Shown here: piece by piece, positions 1-11,223 of the stretch
How the letters are laid out: each line of letters starts with the position of its first letter
Numbering within the stretch: the stretch's first letter is position 1
Assembly: GCF_006345805.1 (NCBI RefSeq)
Contig: NW_021836413.1
Location: 1 to 26,661 of the forward strand
Direction of reading: 5' to 3'
DNA length: 26,661 nt
DNA from: Octopus sinensis
Lineage: Eukaryota
The notes under the pieces: generated by a model
Database searches by the model: none
Told to the model about the DNA's origin: nothing
Seen by the model: the letters and a program-made list of their open reading frames with translations, nothing else
Made by a program: the position numbers and the translations under genes

Positions 1-36
1 TGGCAGCAGTCAAATGACTGAAACAAGTAAAAGAGT
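1..36 (+). mobile_element. 3' tail of SINE family 1 (cut by window edge)
   Basis: GCAGTCAAATGACTGAAACAAGTAAAAGAG matches the 3' ends of the copies at 6027-6447, 12584-12985 and 16753-17158. Confidence 0.85.
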
Positions 37-199
37 CTCCTTCGATTTAACTGTTTAAAGTTGTTCTTCTTTCTACTCTGCGTTGTATGATGTAGAGTTG
101 TCCGTCACGTTAGAAGCAAACGATCTCCATTTCAAGTTTTGATTGGATAATCACTTATAGTCCATTACTTCGAGAAAAAGTCGAAGGTTGTTCATGGTA

Positions 200-222
200 G
201 GGTGGGGTGGGGTGGGGTGGGG
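200..222 (+). other. G-quadruplex-forming (GGGGT)n tract
   Basis: Five G3-4 runs separated by single T. Confidence 0.6.
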
Positions 223-626
223 TTCTCGATCCCACATTTTTAGTATACATGACAGATGCCCTATTGTTGGACCAAAGTAATCCTTCGAATTTCTCTAAAC
301 ATTTTTGAACCTTCGCTCTTACGACCGAGAATTATATGTAGTTGACATCATAAGAACTTAGAAACTTCGAGAGAACGAGAAACACTTTTCCTTCTTGGAG
401 TAGTAAGTGTCGAAGCAGTTGTGATGTGGTGTGATGTAGTGTCGTGTGCTGTGAGTTGTTGTCGTTGGTGGTGGTGGTGGAGGTTGTAATAGTAGCGGTA
501 GCGGTGTGTGGTGAGGATGGTAGTGATGGTGGTGGTGGTCATGGTAATGTTTTGGTGAGGCTTTGGCTCAGTTTGATATAGTGTGGTGTGGTGCTGTACG
601 ACGCTGTATCTCTGACACTAATTAAC

Positions 627-649
627 ATGGCGGAAATATCCGGCGCCAA
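627..649 (+). CDS. Candidate short first coding exon (MAEISGA + AA, phase 2), unverified
   Basis: AACATGGCG start context (Kozak/YY1-like), local CpG enrichment and consensus donor GTAAGT at 650-655. No homology recognised. Confidence 0.25.
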
Positions 650-754
650 GTAAGTGAATTTCATCAACACAATCGGAAAGGTTAATAAACTATTTTTTCT
701 GTATCTACATGTACAGACATGCGCATGCCTGCATTGTATATACAATAACCGAAT

Positions 755-869
755 GTGCGTATATATATGAGTGTGTGTGTGTGCATGTATGTCTGTATTA
801 TATATTTTTTTATGTATGTATATATATATATATATATACAATGTACGTTTATTTATAATATATATATAT

Positions 870-903
<34 letters not shown>

Positions 904-1685
904 ATATATACATATTTACATATGTATACACATATACGTGCGAACGCACACACACACATATACACAGGCCTATGTGTAACTCTCTGGATCTCTGTGCACC
1001 TGTGTATATGCTTTCATGAAGTTGTGCGTATTTGTGTATATGTATGTGTGCAATTGCGTTTGCGCATGAGCACTCAAAGAAAAATATGCGTGCTTGTGCG
1101 TTTCTGTGTGTTTATATTCGTGCGTGTGTGCGTGCGTGTGTGTGTGTGTGCACGCATATAAATAAGCGTGCTTATGTGTACCTGTATAAATATGAGTTTT
1201 TTTTTTTTTCTAATTAGCTTTGTGTTGAGGATCTGTGTGTGGGCGTATGTGTTTGCGCAAGTAAATGGATGAGCATATAAATATGTGTGAGTGCAAAGTA
1301 TAATGTGTATGTGCTTGTGTGTATGTGTGTGTGTGTGTGTGTGTTGTGTGTGTATGTGAGAGTGAGAGAGGGGGGAGAAATTGCGTAGGATTGTGAGTGT
1401 ATGTGTGGGGGTGTGTGTATGAGAGAGAGTTGGAAAGATGAAGAGATTGTGCATAACTCTGTGTGTGTATGAGTGTTTGTAAGTGTGTATGTGTGTGTAA
1501 GCGCGTGAAAAGTTATAAACGCGTGTGAAGCTGTGTGCGTACACTTGTGTGTATGAGTATGTATGTACGTATGTATGTATGTGTATGTACGTGTGTATAT
1601 GTGTGTGTGTGTGCTAGTACACATGCACGTGTGTACTAGTACACATGTACGCGTGTGCTAGTACACATGCACGTGTGTGCTCGTA
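755..1685. repeat. Compound (TA)n/(TG)n microsatellite region ending in ~3.5 copies of a 22-bp unit (1607-1685)
   Basis: Direct reading; unit GTGTGTGCTAGTACACATGCAC. Confidence 0.9.
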
Positions 1686-2244
1686 AAGAAGTGTGTACAA
1701 ATTGTTGAATGAAGACATACAAGGTCAAACACCTTTCCATCCTCGTCTTCTTCCAAAGCCACGAGAAGAACGTCTAAACTATTTCCTTTTGGTATAATCT
1801 CTCCAAATTATGCTAATCCATTAATCCATTTGCTGGATCATGGATACAACATTGACTAACAACAACATGCATCTTACTGTTGTGGTGAAATCCTGACACC
1901 CCTATGGGATAGCAAGTGAACTGTCCTAAACCTTATGAAGGCGCATGCGTACTGACAATGCGAGGTAGAGTGTAGTGTGTTAATCCTTAGAATGAAGAAT
2001 TGGTTCAGTGTGGTGTGTGCAGTCGCATTTGGGAAGGCAGTCGTAGAAGTCGTTGAGGAGAGATGCAAGTTTGTTACGTGCTTGTTACTGGTTTAGTTTA
2101 GTTATTACAGTGTAGTCTATATCCAAACTCAAGGATGTAATTGCTGACAGCTCCCTCTTTTCTTTCTGCCCTTTTTTTGCTAATCTCGTGAAAGCGTTAC
2201 CGACGGGCTAAGTAACGCAATGTAAAACAGAATTATTATAGGAT

Positions 2245-2304
2245 TAGTAGTGGTAGTAGTAGTAGAAGTAGTAGTAGTAGTAGTAGAAGGGATTATTATT
2301 ATTA

Positions 2305-2372
<68 letters not shown>

Positions 2373-2379
2373 GTTATTG

Positions 2380-2416
<37 letters not shown>

Positions 2417-2421
2417 CATCA

Positions 2422-2485
<64 letters not shown>

Positions 2486-2508
2486 TATTATCATTATCAT
2501 CATCATCA

Positions 2509-2551
<43 letters not shown>

Positions 2552-2574
2552 TATCATTATCATTATTATTATTA

Positions 2575-2642
<68 letters not shown>
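2245..2642. repeat. (AGT)n-(ATT)n/(ATC)n trinucleotide microsatellite
   Basis: Direct reading; source of the poly-I and poly-L ORFs. Confidence 0.97.
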
Positions 2643-3590
2643 TTACGACTTCGGTTTGATAAATACATCAATAGCTTCGTATCATTATTAAGAGGTATAT
2701 CTATGACCACCCAGAACCTTCTCGAATCTGTGCCACGTTATTTACGCACCTAATTACTGTTTTCCATCCATCCTGTTCCACCCGCTCATTATATCCACTC
2801 TCTCCAAACCAATACTTTTTCTTACACAGCCACCCACAAAAGATGCCAAAAATAAATAAATAAATAAATAAATAAATAAACACAAACCAGGTTAAAAATG
2901 TCAAAACTTTTAGTTAGATAAGTATCTCTATTGAAGTTTCATGTTAAGCCATAGAAAAAACAGACGATCAGTGAAAAGGAGGAGGCAGAGGGAGCAAGTA
3001 GGAGAATGAAGGGGAGTGTGTGGGGAAAGAGAGGGGTAGAGAGTGAGAGAGAAAGGGAGTACGTGAGAGAGGAAATGTTAGAGAGATGGAAGGAATGTGT
3101 AAGAGAGGGAAAGATTGGGAGAGAGGAGGGAAGAATCTCATAACTGACGCCACCTTATAAACAGATAACAGAAGTGATGGGTTAGCTGTTGTTGTTGGTG
3201 GTGGTGGCGGTGGTTGTGGCATTAATGGTGGTGGTAGTGTGTGGTGGTGATGATAGTGGTGGTTGTGGTGGTAATGCTTTGTTTCATTTTGTAATCTTTG
3301 GAGGAGGTGGATGTTAAGATTTCATTGGGTGTTGCATCATTTCGAAGTTTGAGGAGAGAGAGAGAGTGAGAAAGAAAGAGGAAGAGAGAGAAAGAGAGAG
3401 GAAGAGAGGAGAAAGAGAGAGATAGAATGGAATAAGGAATGGTTAACAAGTTTGTATTCATACCGTCAATACATATACATACATACACATAGGCAGTGAA
3501 AGAGAGAAAGGCTGCATAACACATACAAGATATATTCATATATATATATATATATAATATATATATATATATTATATATATATATATATA

Positions 3591-3682
3591 CTTTATTTAA
3601 AGCAGCAGAAAATTCAAAAACCTGTTACTCTGAGTTTCCCGTTGCCGTTCATCGGACAGTTTTTTGCAAAAACTGTCCGATG
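3591..3682 (-). mobile_element. PLE terminal-repeat-like fragment (family H1) with fold-back end
   Basis: Near-identical to 22829-22905. On the minus strand a hammerhead fold is followed by AATAAA; inverted duplication at 3650-3682. Confidence 0.65.
3622..3659 (-). ncRNA. Minimal type I hammerhead ribozyme fold (U4C core variant)
   Basis: Minus strand reads CTGT-CCGATGA-ACG GCAA CGG-GAAA-CTC A GAG-TA-ACAG: helix I CTGT/ACAG, GUA site, mismatch at the base of helix II. Confidence 0.7.
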
Positions 3683-3688
3683 TATATA

Positions 3689-4063
3689 TGGTGGTTGTCT
3701 ATTCCTTATGCAGAGTTTGACTACCTCCTGTACTTACACCTTAGCACCATCATGGCTTCTGATGTGGTTTTTAAACCAGACACCCACGTATGTTGCCCCT
3801 CCGATTTGGACTACCAAAAGCTGCAGTTAAGTTCTGCTCTTTGTGGATTCGTTGGATTTGCAAACCTACTGGCATACACTACGTTCAAAGGTGTGCACAG
3901 ACATATAGGCAGAATAAGCTGGTGGAGCTTCGTTTTCCATGGGTTCGCAGATGAGATTTTAGGCCAGCAAAAGACAGGCATGGTCTGTCACTGTGCACTC
4001 AAAAGGGTCATTGTCATTCACCTTCTCAATCGTTACATTTTTTCTTAGATCTCTTTTGAGTCT
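3689..4063 (-). mobile_element. 3' end of RTE-clade-like LINE (decayed C-terminal C2H2 fingers + 3' UTR)
   Basis: Minus-strand translation across frameshifts: RLKRDLRK...FECTV/DRPCLSFAGLKSHLRTH, FExSVCQ*VCKS, SGLK/HIRSHDGAKV*, then a short UTR ending in ACAACCACC before a TA-rich tract. Confidence 0.7.
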
Positions 4064-4243
4064 TACAGAGTGTGACAAGCCTGGCTCTTTGAAATACTGG
4101 TATAACTTATTTTTGTCAGCTGAGTGGACTGGAGCAATGTGAAATAAAGTGTCTTGCTCAAGGACACAACGCGTCGCCAGGAATTGAACTCACGTCCTTG
4201 CAATCGTGAGCCAAATACCCCAACCACCAACCCACGCGCCTTC
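4064..4243 (-). mobile_element. tRNA-derived SINE, head B + start of tail X (3' truncated)
   Basis: Degenerate A box, B box GAGTTCAATTCC, GTGTCCTTGAGCAAGACACTTT core, then GTATTTCAAAGAGCCAGGCTTGTCACACTCTGT shared with the 16215 and 13523 copies. Confidence 0.85.
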
Positions 4244-4246
4244 ATG

Positions 4247-4340
<94 letters not shown>

Positions 4341-4920
4341 TTCAGATATATGCACTTACAGACATACATACGCACAACGCACACACACACGCTTTACACT
4401 CTTTGTATTCATATATATATATATATATATATAATGTATATATGGAGGGAGAGAGAGAGAGAGAAAGTAAAAGAGGGAAAGAGAGAGTGAGAGAGAGAAA
4501 GAGAGAGAGAGAGCGAAGATTGGATGAAAGGATGAAAGAGATTGGAGAAACCGAAGAAAGATAAACAGAAGAGATAATTAAAAATTAAGCCACGAACCGC
4601 CAGATCAAGCGAGAGAAAGGAGGGGGGAGGGTAAATAGTAAAGGAGAGAGAGAAAGAGAGTGAGAGCAGGAGGGGGACGAATAGGTAAACATACCGACAA
4701 ACTGATACGCAGACACACAAGGCAGAAGATTTAAGAAGAAAATGAATAAATAATATATAAACCTTTCCAGTAGTTAGGAAGGCTTAGTAATGAGAAGCTG
4801 GTGAAGACAGAGATCAGACATGAGTTGAAACAACAGCACCATTGTTAGTGAGGTGGGTTTATTTTCTTCGTTTTTTTTTTGCTGGGGTATTTACTGGTTG
4901 TTGCGATTTTCTATTTTTCC

Positions 4921-5637
4921 AGTTTGGTCGTCTGCTTAATTGAGGGAGAAAGTTCGGTCATATTGTCCTTAATTGAGGGAGAAAGTTTGGTCGTCTGCTT
5001 AATTGAGGGAGGAAGTTTGGTCGTCTGCTCAATTGAGGGAGAAAGTTTGGTCGTCTGCTTAATTGAAGGAGAAAGTTTGGTCGTCTGCTTAATTGAGGGA
5101 GAAAGTTTGGTCGTCTGCTTAATTGAGGGAGAAAGTTTGGTCGTCTGCTTAATTGAGGGAGGAAGTTTGGTCGTCTGCTTAATTGAGGGAGAAAGTTTGG
5201 TCGCCTGCTTAATTGAGGGAGGAAGTTTGGTCGTCTGCTTAATTGAGGGAGGAAGTTTGGTCGTCTGCTTAATTGAGGGAAGTTTGGCGTTGCTCTAATT
5301 GAAGGGAGGAAGGAAGTTTGGTCGTTGCTTAATTGAGGGAGAAAGTTTGGTCGTCTGCTTAATTGAGGGAGAAAGTTTGGTCGTCTGCTTAATTGAGGGA
5401 GAAAGTTCGGTCGTCTGCTTAATTGAGGGAGAAAGTTTGGTCGTCTGATTAATTGAGGGAGAATGTTTGGTCGTCTGATTAATTGAGGGAGAAAGTTTGG
5501 TCGTCTGCTTAATTGAGGGAGAAAGTTTGGTCGTCTGCTTAATTGAAGGAGGAAGTTTGGTCGTCTGCTTAATTGAGGGAGAAAGTTCGGTCGTCTGCTT
5601 AATTGAGGGAGGAAGTTTGGTCGTCTGCTTAATTGAG
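4921..5637. repeat. 30-bp minisatellite, ~24 copies (GAAAGTTTGGTCGTCTGCTTAATTGAGGGA)
   Basis: Head-to-tail units with no spacers; register disrupted at ~5281-5330. Confidence 0.97.
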
Positions 5638-5770
5638 AGATCGGAAGTGGGGATAAAACGGGAAAAGAAATTCAAGAGAGGGAAAAAGATAAAGTGAGAG
5701 AAATGAGAAGAGGGAGCAGCGAGGGAGAAGGAGTGGATAGAGGAAATGAGGTGTATACATATATATATAT

Positions 5771-6001
5771 ATTTCTTTACTACCCACAAGGGGCTAAACA
5801 CAGAGGGGACAAACAAGGACAGACAAACGGATCAAGTCGATTACATCGACCCCAGTGCGTAACTGGTACTTAATTTATCGACCCCGAAAGGATGAAAGGC
5901 AAAGTCGACCTCGTCGGAATTTGAACTCAGAACGTAACGGCAGACGAAATACGGCTATGCATTTCGCCCGGCGCGCTAACGTTTCTGCCGGCTCGCCGCC
6001 C
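5771..6001 (-). mobile_element. tRNA-derived SINE with Nin/Deu-like domain, full length, with target-site duplication (TSD)
   Basis: Minus strand: GGCGGCGAG head, B box GAGTTCAAATTCC, GCCTTTCATCCTTTCGGGGTCGATAAATTAAGTACCAG. Flanked by AATGAGGT(GT/TC)ATACATATATAT at 5745 and 6003. Confidence 0.9.
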
Positions 6002-6026
6002 TAATGAGGTTCATACATATATATTT

Positions 6027-6447
6027 GTGCGCAGGAGTAGCTGTGTGGTAAGAATCTTGCTTCCCAACCACATGGTTTCGGGTTCAGTTACACTGCGTGG
6101 CATCTTGGGCAAGTGTCTTCTACTATAGCCTCGGGCCAGCCAAAGGATTGTGAGTGGATTTGGTAGACGGAAACTGAAAGAAACCCGTCGTATATGTGTG
6201 TGTGTATGCGTGTATGTGTGTGTGTGTGTCTGTGTGTGTATTTGCGTGTCTGTGCTTGTCCCCCATCATCGCTTGACAATCGGTGTTGGTGTGTTTACGT
6301 CCCGTAAATTAGTGATTAAGCAAAAGCGAACGATAGGTATAAGTACCAGGTTTGCAAAGACTAAGTCCTGAGGTCGATTTGTTCGACTAGAGGCGGTGCT
6401 CCAGCATGAACGCAGTCAAATGACTGAAACAAGTAAAAGAATAAAAG
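6027..6447 (+). mobile_element. SINE family 1 with internal (TG)n, diverged full-length copy
   Basis: A box TAGCTGTGTGG, B-box-like GGTTCAGTT, CTTGGGCAAGTGTCTT core, tail GAAACAAGTAAAAGA. Confidence 0.9.
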
Positions 6448-6775
6448 TATAAATATATATATATATATATATACATACATGTATATATACATACATATCT
6501 TGGTGCATGTATGATAACATAATGTGCGTGTGTTTACGTGTGTGTGTGTGTGTGCGCGCGCGCGTGTCTGTCTGTCTGTGTCTGTGTGTATTCAAAGTTC
6601 CCTTTCACCGAATATGAACTCGAAGCTCAGCGAGTTGAAACGATTATCTCAAAGTAATCTAACCGATGCTCTAAAGACTGTCAATTGATCGCCTTATCTC
6701 CTTCTTCTCCCTCCCTCTCTCCCTCTCATTTCTCCCTTCATATATATTTACACGCATACATACTTATATGCAGCT

Positions 6776-6807
<32 letters not shown>

Positions 6808-6827
6808 CATATACACACACACGCATG

Positions 6828-6860
<33 letters not shown>

Positions 6861-7245
6861 GTATGTAATGTATATATATGTATGTATGTATACAAATATA
6901 CATGGGGGAATAGTGGGAAAAGAAGTTCAAGAGAAGAGAATGTATATATGCATAAGTGTGTGTGTGTGTGTGTGTGGTGTGTGTGTGTGTATGCATGTGT
7001 GCGTGTGCGTGCGCGTGCGTTCGTACGTGAGTGTGCGTAGGAGCTGATAGAAAATATGAATACTCCCAATATAATACGCAACCTGTGCTTGTAGCCACCT
7101 ACACTCTTGAAATGGAGTTTCGACAAACAACGAGATTCCGCTGATGTAGAAAATTCAGGTATCACACTGGTAAGCCCAATGTGTCGGTCTAGCAAAAGTA
7201 AAATATAATCCAAGTAAGAAGACAAAGAGCCTAGCATATCATTAA

Positions 7246-7287
<42 letters not shown>

Positions 7288-7404
7288 GCTAATTATCTAT
7301 CTATGTATCTATCTGTCTGTCTGTCTCTTTGTCTCTCTTCTCGTCTCTCCCTCTCAATGTGTTTGTGTATGTATGTAATATATATTATGTATGTATGATG
7401 TATG

Positions 7405-7446
<42 letters not shown>

Positions 7447-7959
7447 GTGGTGGTGTGTGTGTGTGTGTGTGTGTATGTGTATATGTATATATATATATGA
7501 TATAAATATATATATATATATATGGTGCTGAATTATGATAGTTCATCGTCACGTTCTTTTTGCGGTTATTGTGTTTATTTTTTTAAAAACTAAACTGCCA
7601 TTTTTTGCTATGAAAAAAGTACGAACGTTTTGGTTCTTCTGGAGGATTTAAATCACGTATGTTTTGGACATACAACTCGAGAGCCAGATTCAACTTTTAG
7701 CAATGTGCCATATTGTCTGAGTATTATAGAACAAATAGTTTGTTAGGTTTTTTTTTAAATTTTGAAATGGTAGGATGATGAAAGAATAAAAGAGAGATAA
7801 AAAATTAGGAAAGAGTGATAAGGGGAGAGATAAACAGAGCGATGTATAGATAAATGGATAGGTATATAGTAGAAGAGAGACCAGAGAGAGGGAGGGAGAT
7901 GGTTACTGGTAGGGGAGAGGAGAAAAATAATGTTGATGAAGTGAATGAAAACAGGGGAG

Positions 7960-8259
7960 AAGAGGAAGGAGAAGGAAAGGGAAGTGGATAATGATGAGGA
8001 GGAGCAGGAGGATAATGATGATGATAATGATGATGATAATGACGACGACAACGACGATGGCGATGATGATGATGATGATGGTGGTGATGACGATGAAGAC
8101 AAGAAGAGGGAGAAAGAGAATGAGAAGAAGGTGGGGAAGGAGGAGGAAGGTGGGATGAGGAGGAAGGTAGGATGAGGAGGAAGGGAAGAATGAAGAAGAG
8201 GAACAGGAGGAGGTGAGAAGAAGAAGAAGAAGAAGAAGAAGAAGAAGAAGAAGAAGAAG

Positions 8260-8291
<32 letters not shown>

Positions 8292-8380
8292 GAATGGGTG
8301 AGGAAGGTGAGGAGGAGAAGAAGAAGGTGAGGAAGAGAAGAAGGAGAGGAAGGTGAGTTGGGAGAAGAAGGGAGTATCCT
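7960..8380. repeat. (GAT)n, (GAA)n and purine-rich low complexity
   Basis: Direct reading; pure (GAA)n at ~8216-8289. Confidence 0.95.
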
Positions 8381-8791
8381 ACAAGAACAGAGTGAAGAAA
8401 AAATAAAAGCAGCGTCAACAACCAATAACAACGGCAACAGTAAACCAACAAACAAACAAACAAAACAGTAAAACTCTTACATAAGGCTGTGTGTGTGGTA
8501 AGTGTGGCAGAAGGGTGTGGGGTGTCGAGGCTTCTCCTCTGAAGATCTTCTGCCGTTCGCCTCCCCCCCCCCCCCAACAATCACAAGAGACTGTGTCATA
8601 CTCGCGAAGGTAAAGAAGGAATTTGAAAACCTAAATGTTTAACAATACAGTCGAGATCTAAAGACAAATAACAGAGCGAGGAAACATCTCTTGGCGAAGG
8701 AAAAATAAAAATTTGGAAGAACACACACGCGCCGCACGCACGCACACACACATGCACACACACACACATTGACATATGTACACGCACAATT

Positions 8792-8857
<66 letters not shown>

Positions 8858-9883
8858 ATATATATATATATACAAATACACACACGCACAAACGCAAATA
8901 CACATATACAAATACACATACACAAAAACATGACTACATATATGTATACATGTCTGCGTATGTATGTGTACTTACGTATGCGTACATATATACATGTCTC
9001 TCTCTTCCCTCTGTCTCTCTCTCTATCTCTCTCCCCATATATATATATATATATATATACATATAATCAAAATAAGCAACAAGGATATCCAAAGGTAATG
9101 AAGTATATATATATATATGTGTGTATTTGTGTTTGCATGCATAAGTAGACACACATACACACACACACTCACGTATTCACGCGCGCACGCAGATGTTGAA
9201 AAGTGAATCAAACCAAATAAAAAAAATATAAGAAAATATATAGAACAATAAAATTACCCACCAACGAAATTCGTGGGAATGAAGGGAAGCAAAACGAGAT
9301 AAATCAAGACCGTAAATGGTGACGAGAAATTTTACTTAATGTATGCATAACACTCAAACGATAAGAAAGGCGAATTTCCTGTGTAGGTGGCGCTACCTAG
9401 CGAGAAAATAAGAAGACACGATTTTGTATCTTGCAGCAGGCACATCTGTGGTGTTTCCAGCTTTATATTCGACCACCGTTTATATCTGTACACACACACG
9501 CGCACACACACACGACCCCCCCCCCACATACACACACACACACACGCACGCACACACATGTATGTATACGTATAAAGCTAGAAATGGGAACGATGATTTC
9601 CTTTCGCAAATGCCAATCAGACTCAGTGTGTCGTTAGCCAGCTGAAGGAGATGTCCTCCCTGGAGCTATAGACAACAGTAGCATCGTCCTCTATGGGACC
9701 GCCACATTTAGCTGGTAAATATACATCACGATTCCGTGTTCCTACTGTTTACTACTCGCTCAGAGATTTAATATTGCTCTTTCTCTCTCTCTCTCTCTGT
9801 ATATATACATACACACACACACATATATATATACACATTCCCATACATATATATGTATAATAATATTCACACATATACACAAA

Positions 9884-9908
9884 CATATATATATATATAT
9901 ATATATAT

Positions 9909-9990
<82 letters not shown>

Positions 9991-10026
9991 GTTTTAGTAT
10001 ATATATATATATATAAATATATATAC
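9884..10026. repeat. (TA)n-(GATA)n microsatellite
   Basis: Direct reading. Confidence 0.97.
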
Positions 10027-10052
10027 GCACACATACGCACACACCGACATTA

Positions 10053-11223
10053 CAGAAATAAATAGAGACCCATAAAGCATCGTTTTCTGTTTATTCTAAC
10101 TGCAAAGGTTTTATGTTTTTTTTTAATTGACATTTTTATGTTTCAGGTCTTATATATGACTGTTTAATTCTGCTATCTACAAAAGAAGCCTTGAAAATGT
10201 CAGAATTTCAAACAGGCCGTATTGTGGGTCATTCTGAAGATGAACATAACGTAAAATCGCAGAGATTCCGCTTTCTACAGCTAATAGAGTGATTGTGCAA
10301 TTCACCAGAGAGAGGAAAGAGTCCATATCACCTCACCCAGATAAACCAGGGCCTTCTGACAGGACCCTTCTCTTTGTTAAGAGAAGTATGGCGGATAATC
10401 TTTGTTGCAAGGCCTCAACAAGTTGATGTTAGTCCCAGAACAGCTGTCAGGTATTTCCATAACCTTGGTTACTATGGCGGAGCAGCAAGAAGGTAGCCAT
10501 TTCTTCGATCAGCCGACATCAAGCGGAGAAAAGATTGGGCCAGTGAAATGATGGAAAGGCCACTGGCATTTTGGCACACTGTCATATTCTCTGATGAGTC
10601 CAGATTTGCTGTATTTCCTGACAGTGGTTGAGTGTGGGTCTGGAGAGTGTACGATCAAGAATTTGATGTGAAAAGATTGCAGCCAACAATGAAATAAGGC
10701 AGCTATTCTGTGATGGTCTGGGGAGCAATTTGGAGCAATGGTTGAGCAGAACTGGTGGAATGTGAGGAAAACTTAAACTCAGATAAATATATGTCCATAT
10801 TGCAGAACGAACTTCTTCCAATCTTCTCCAGTGGTGAAATGGTTAAAGAAGACTCTTTATTTATTTATCACACGGCTAAAATGACCTAAGATTTGTTGGA
10901 TGAGAATGGCATCGAAAAGCTTCAATGACAAAGCGAGTTACAAGATATGAACTCTATTGAATACCTCTGGGACATAAGGGACATGATACTTCATAAAAAG
11001 AACAAGGAAGCATGAAACTTGACAAGAAATTCCGCAAGAGAATATTTGTCATCTGATCAGTAATATGCCTAATAGGGTCCTCGCATTGAAAAATGCAAAG
11101 GCCATGTCTACTAAATATTAAATATTCACATTATAACTATTAATGCATGATTTAATTGTATAATTTGAGATTTAAATAAATTTTAATGATTCTAAGGGTG
11201 TCTATTTACTTCTATCGTGCCTG
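10053..11223 (+). mobile_element. Tc1-family DNA transposon, decayed, near full length
   Basis: Left end TA-CAG...AAATAAATAGAGACCC and right end GGGTGTCTATTTACTT...CCTG-TA are degenerate terminal inverted repeats (TIRs) with TA flanks, enclosing a transposase pseudogene. Confidence 0.9.
10197..11121 (+). pseudogene. Tc1 (DD34E-type) transposase pseudogene
   Basis: MSEFQTGRIVG...; WHTVIFSDESRF (D at 10593); VMVWGAI; DMNSIEYLW; LISNMPNRVLALKNAKAMSTKY*. Many stops; second catalytic D region deleted at ~10860. Confidence 0.93.

Noticed and set aside
4921-5637. CRISPR array or hammerhead satellite
   Set aside because: Units are contiguous with no unique spacers and no cas genes; GAAAG...GTC is present but there is no CTGANGA core or helix II.
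6612-6660. AACTCG/CGAGTT stem followed by GAAAC
   Set aside because: No CTGANGA core and no helix I or III pairing.
9638-9716. CCAG-CTGAAGG...GTCC/GGAC-CGCCACATTTAG-CTGG as a decayed hammerhead, or an exon reading PAEGDVLPGAIDNSSIV
   Set aside because: GAAA and the cleavage triplet are missing, the acceptor lacks a pyrimidine tract, and the PGxIDNS similarity is too short to trust.
10591-10600. CTGATGAG hammerhead-like core
   Set aside because: It is the S-D-E codons of the Tc1 FSDES motif; there is no downstream GAAA or helices.
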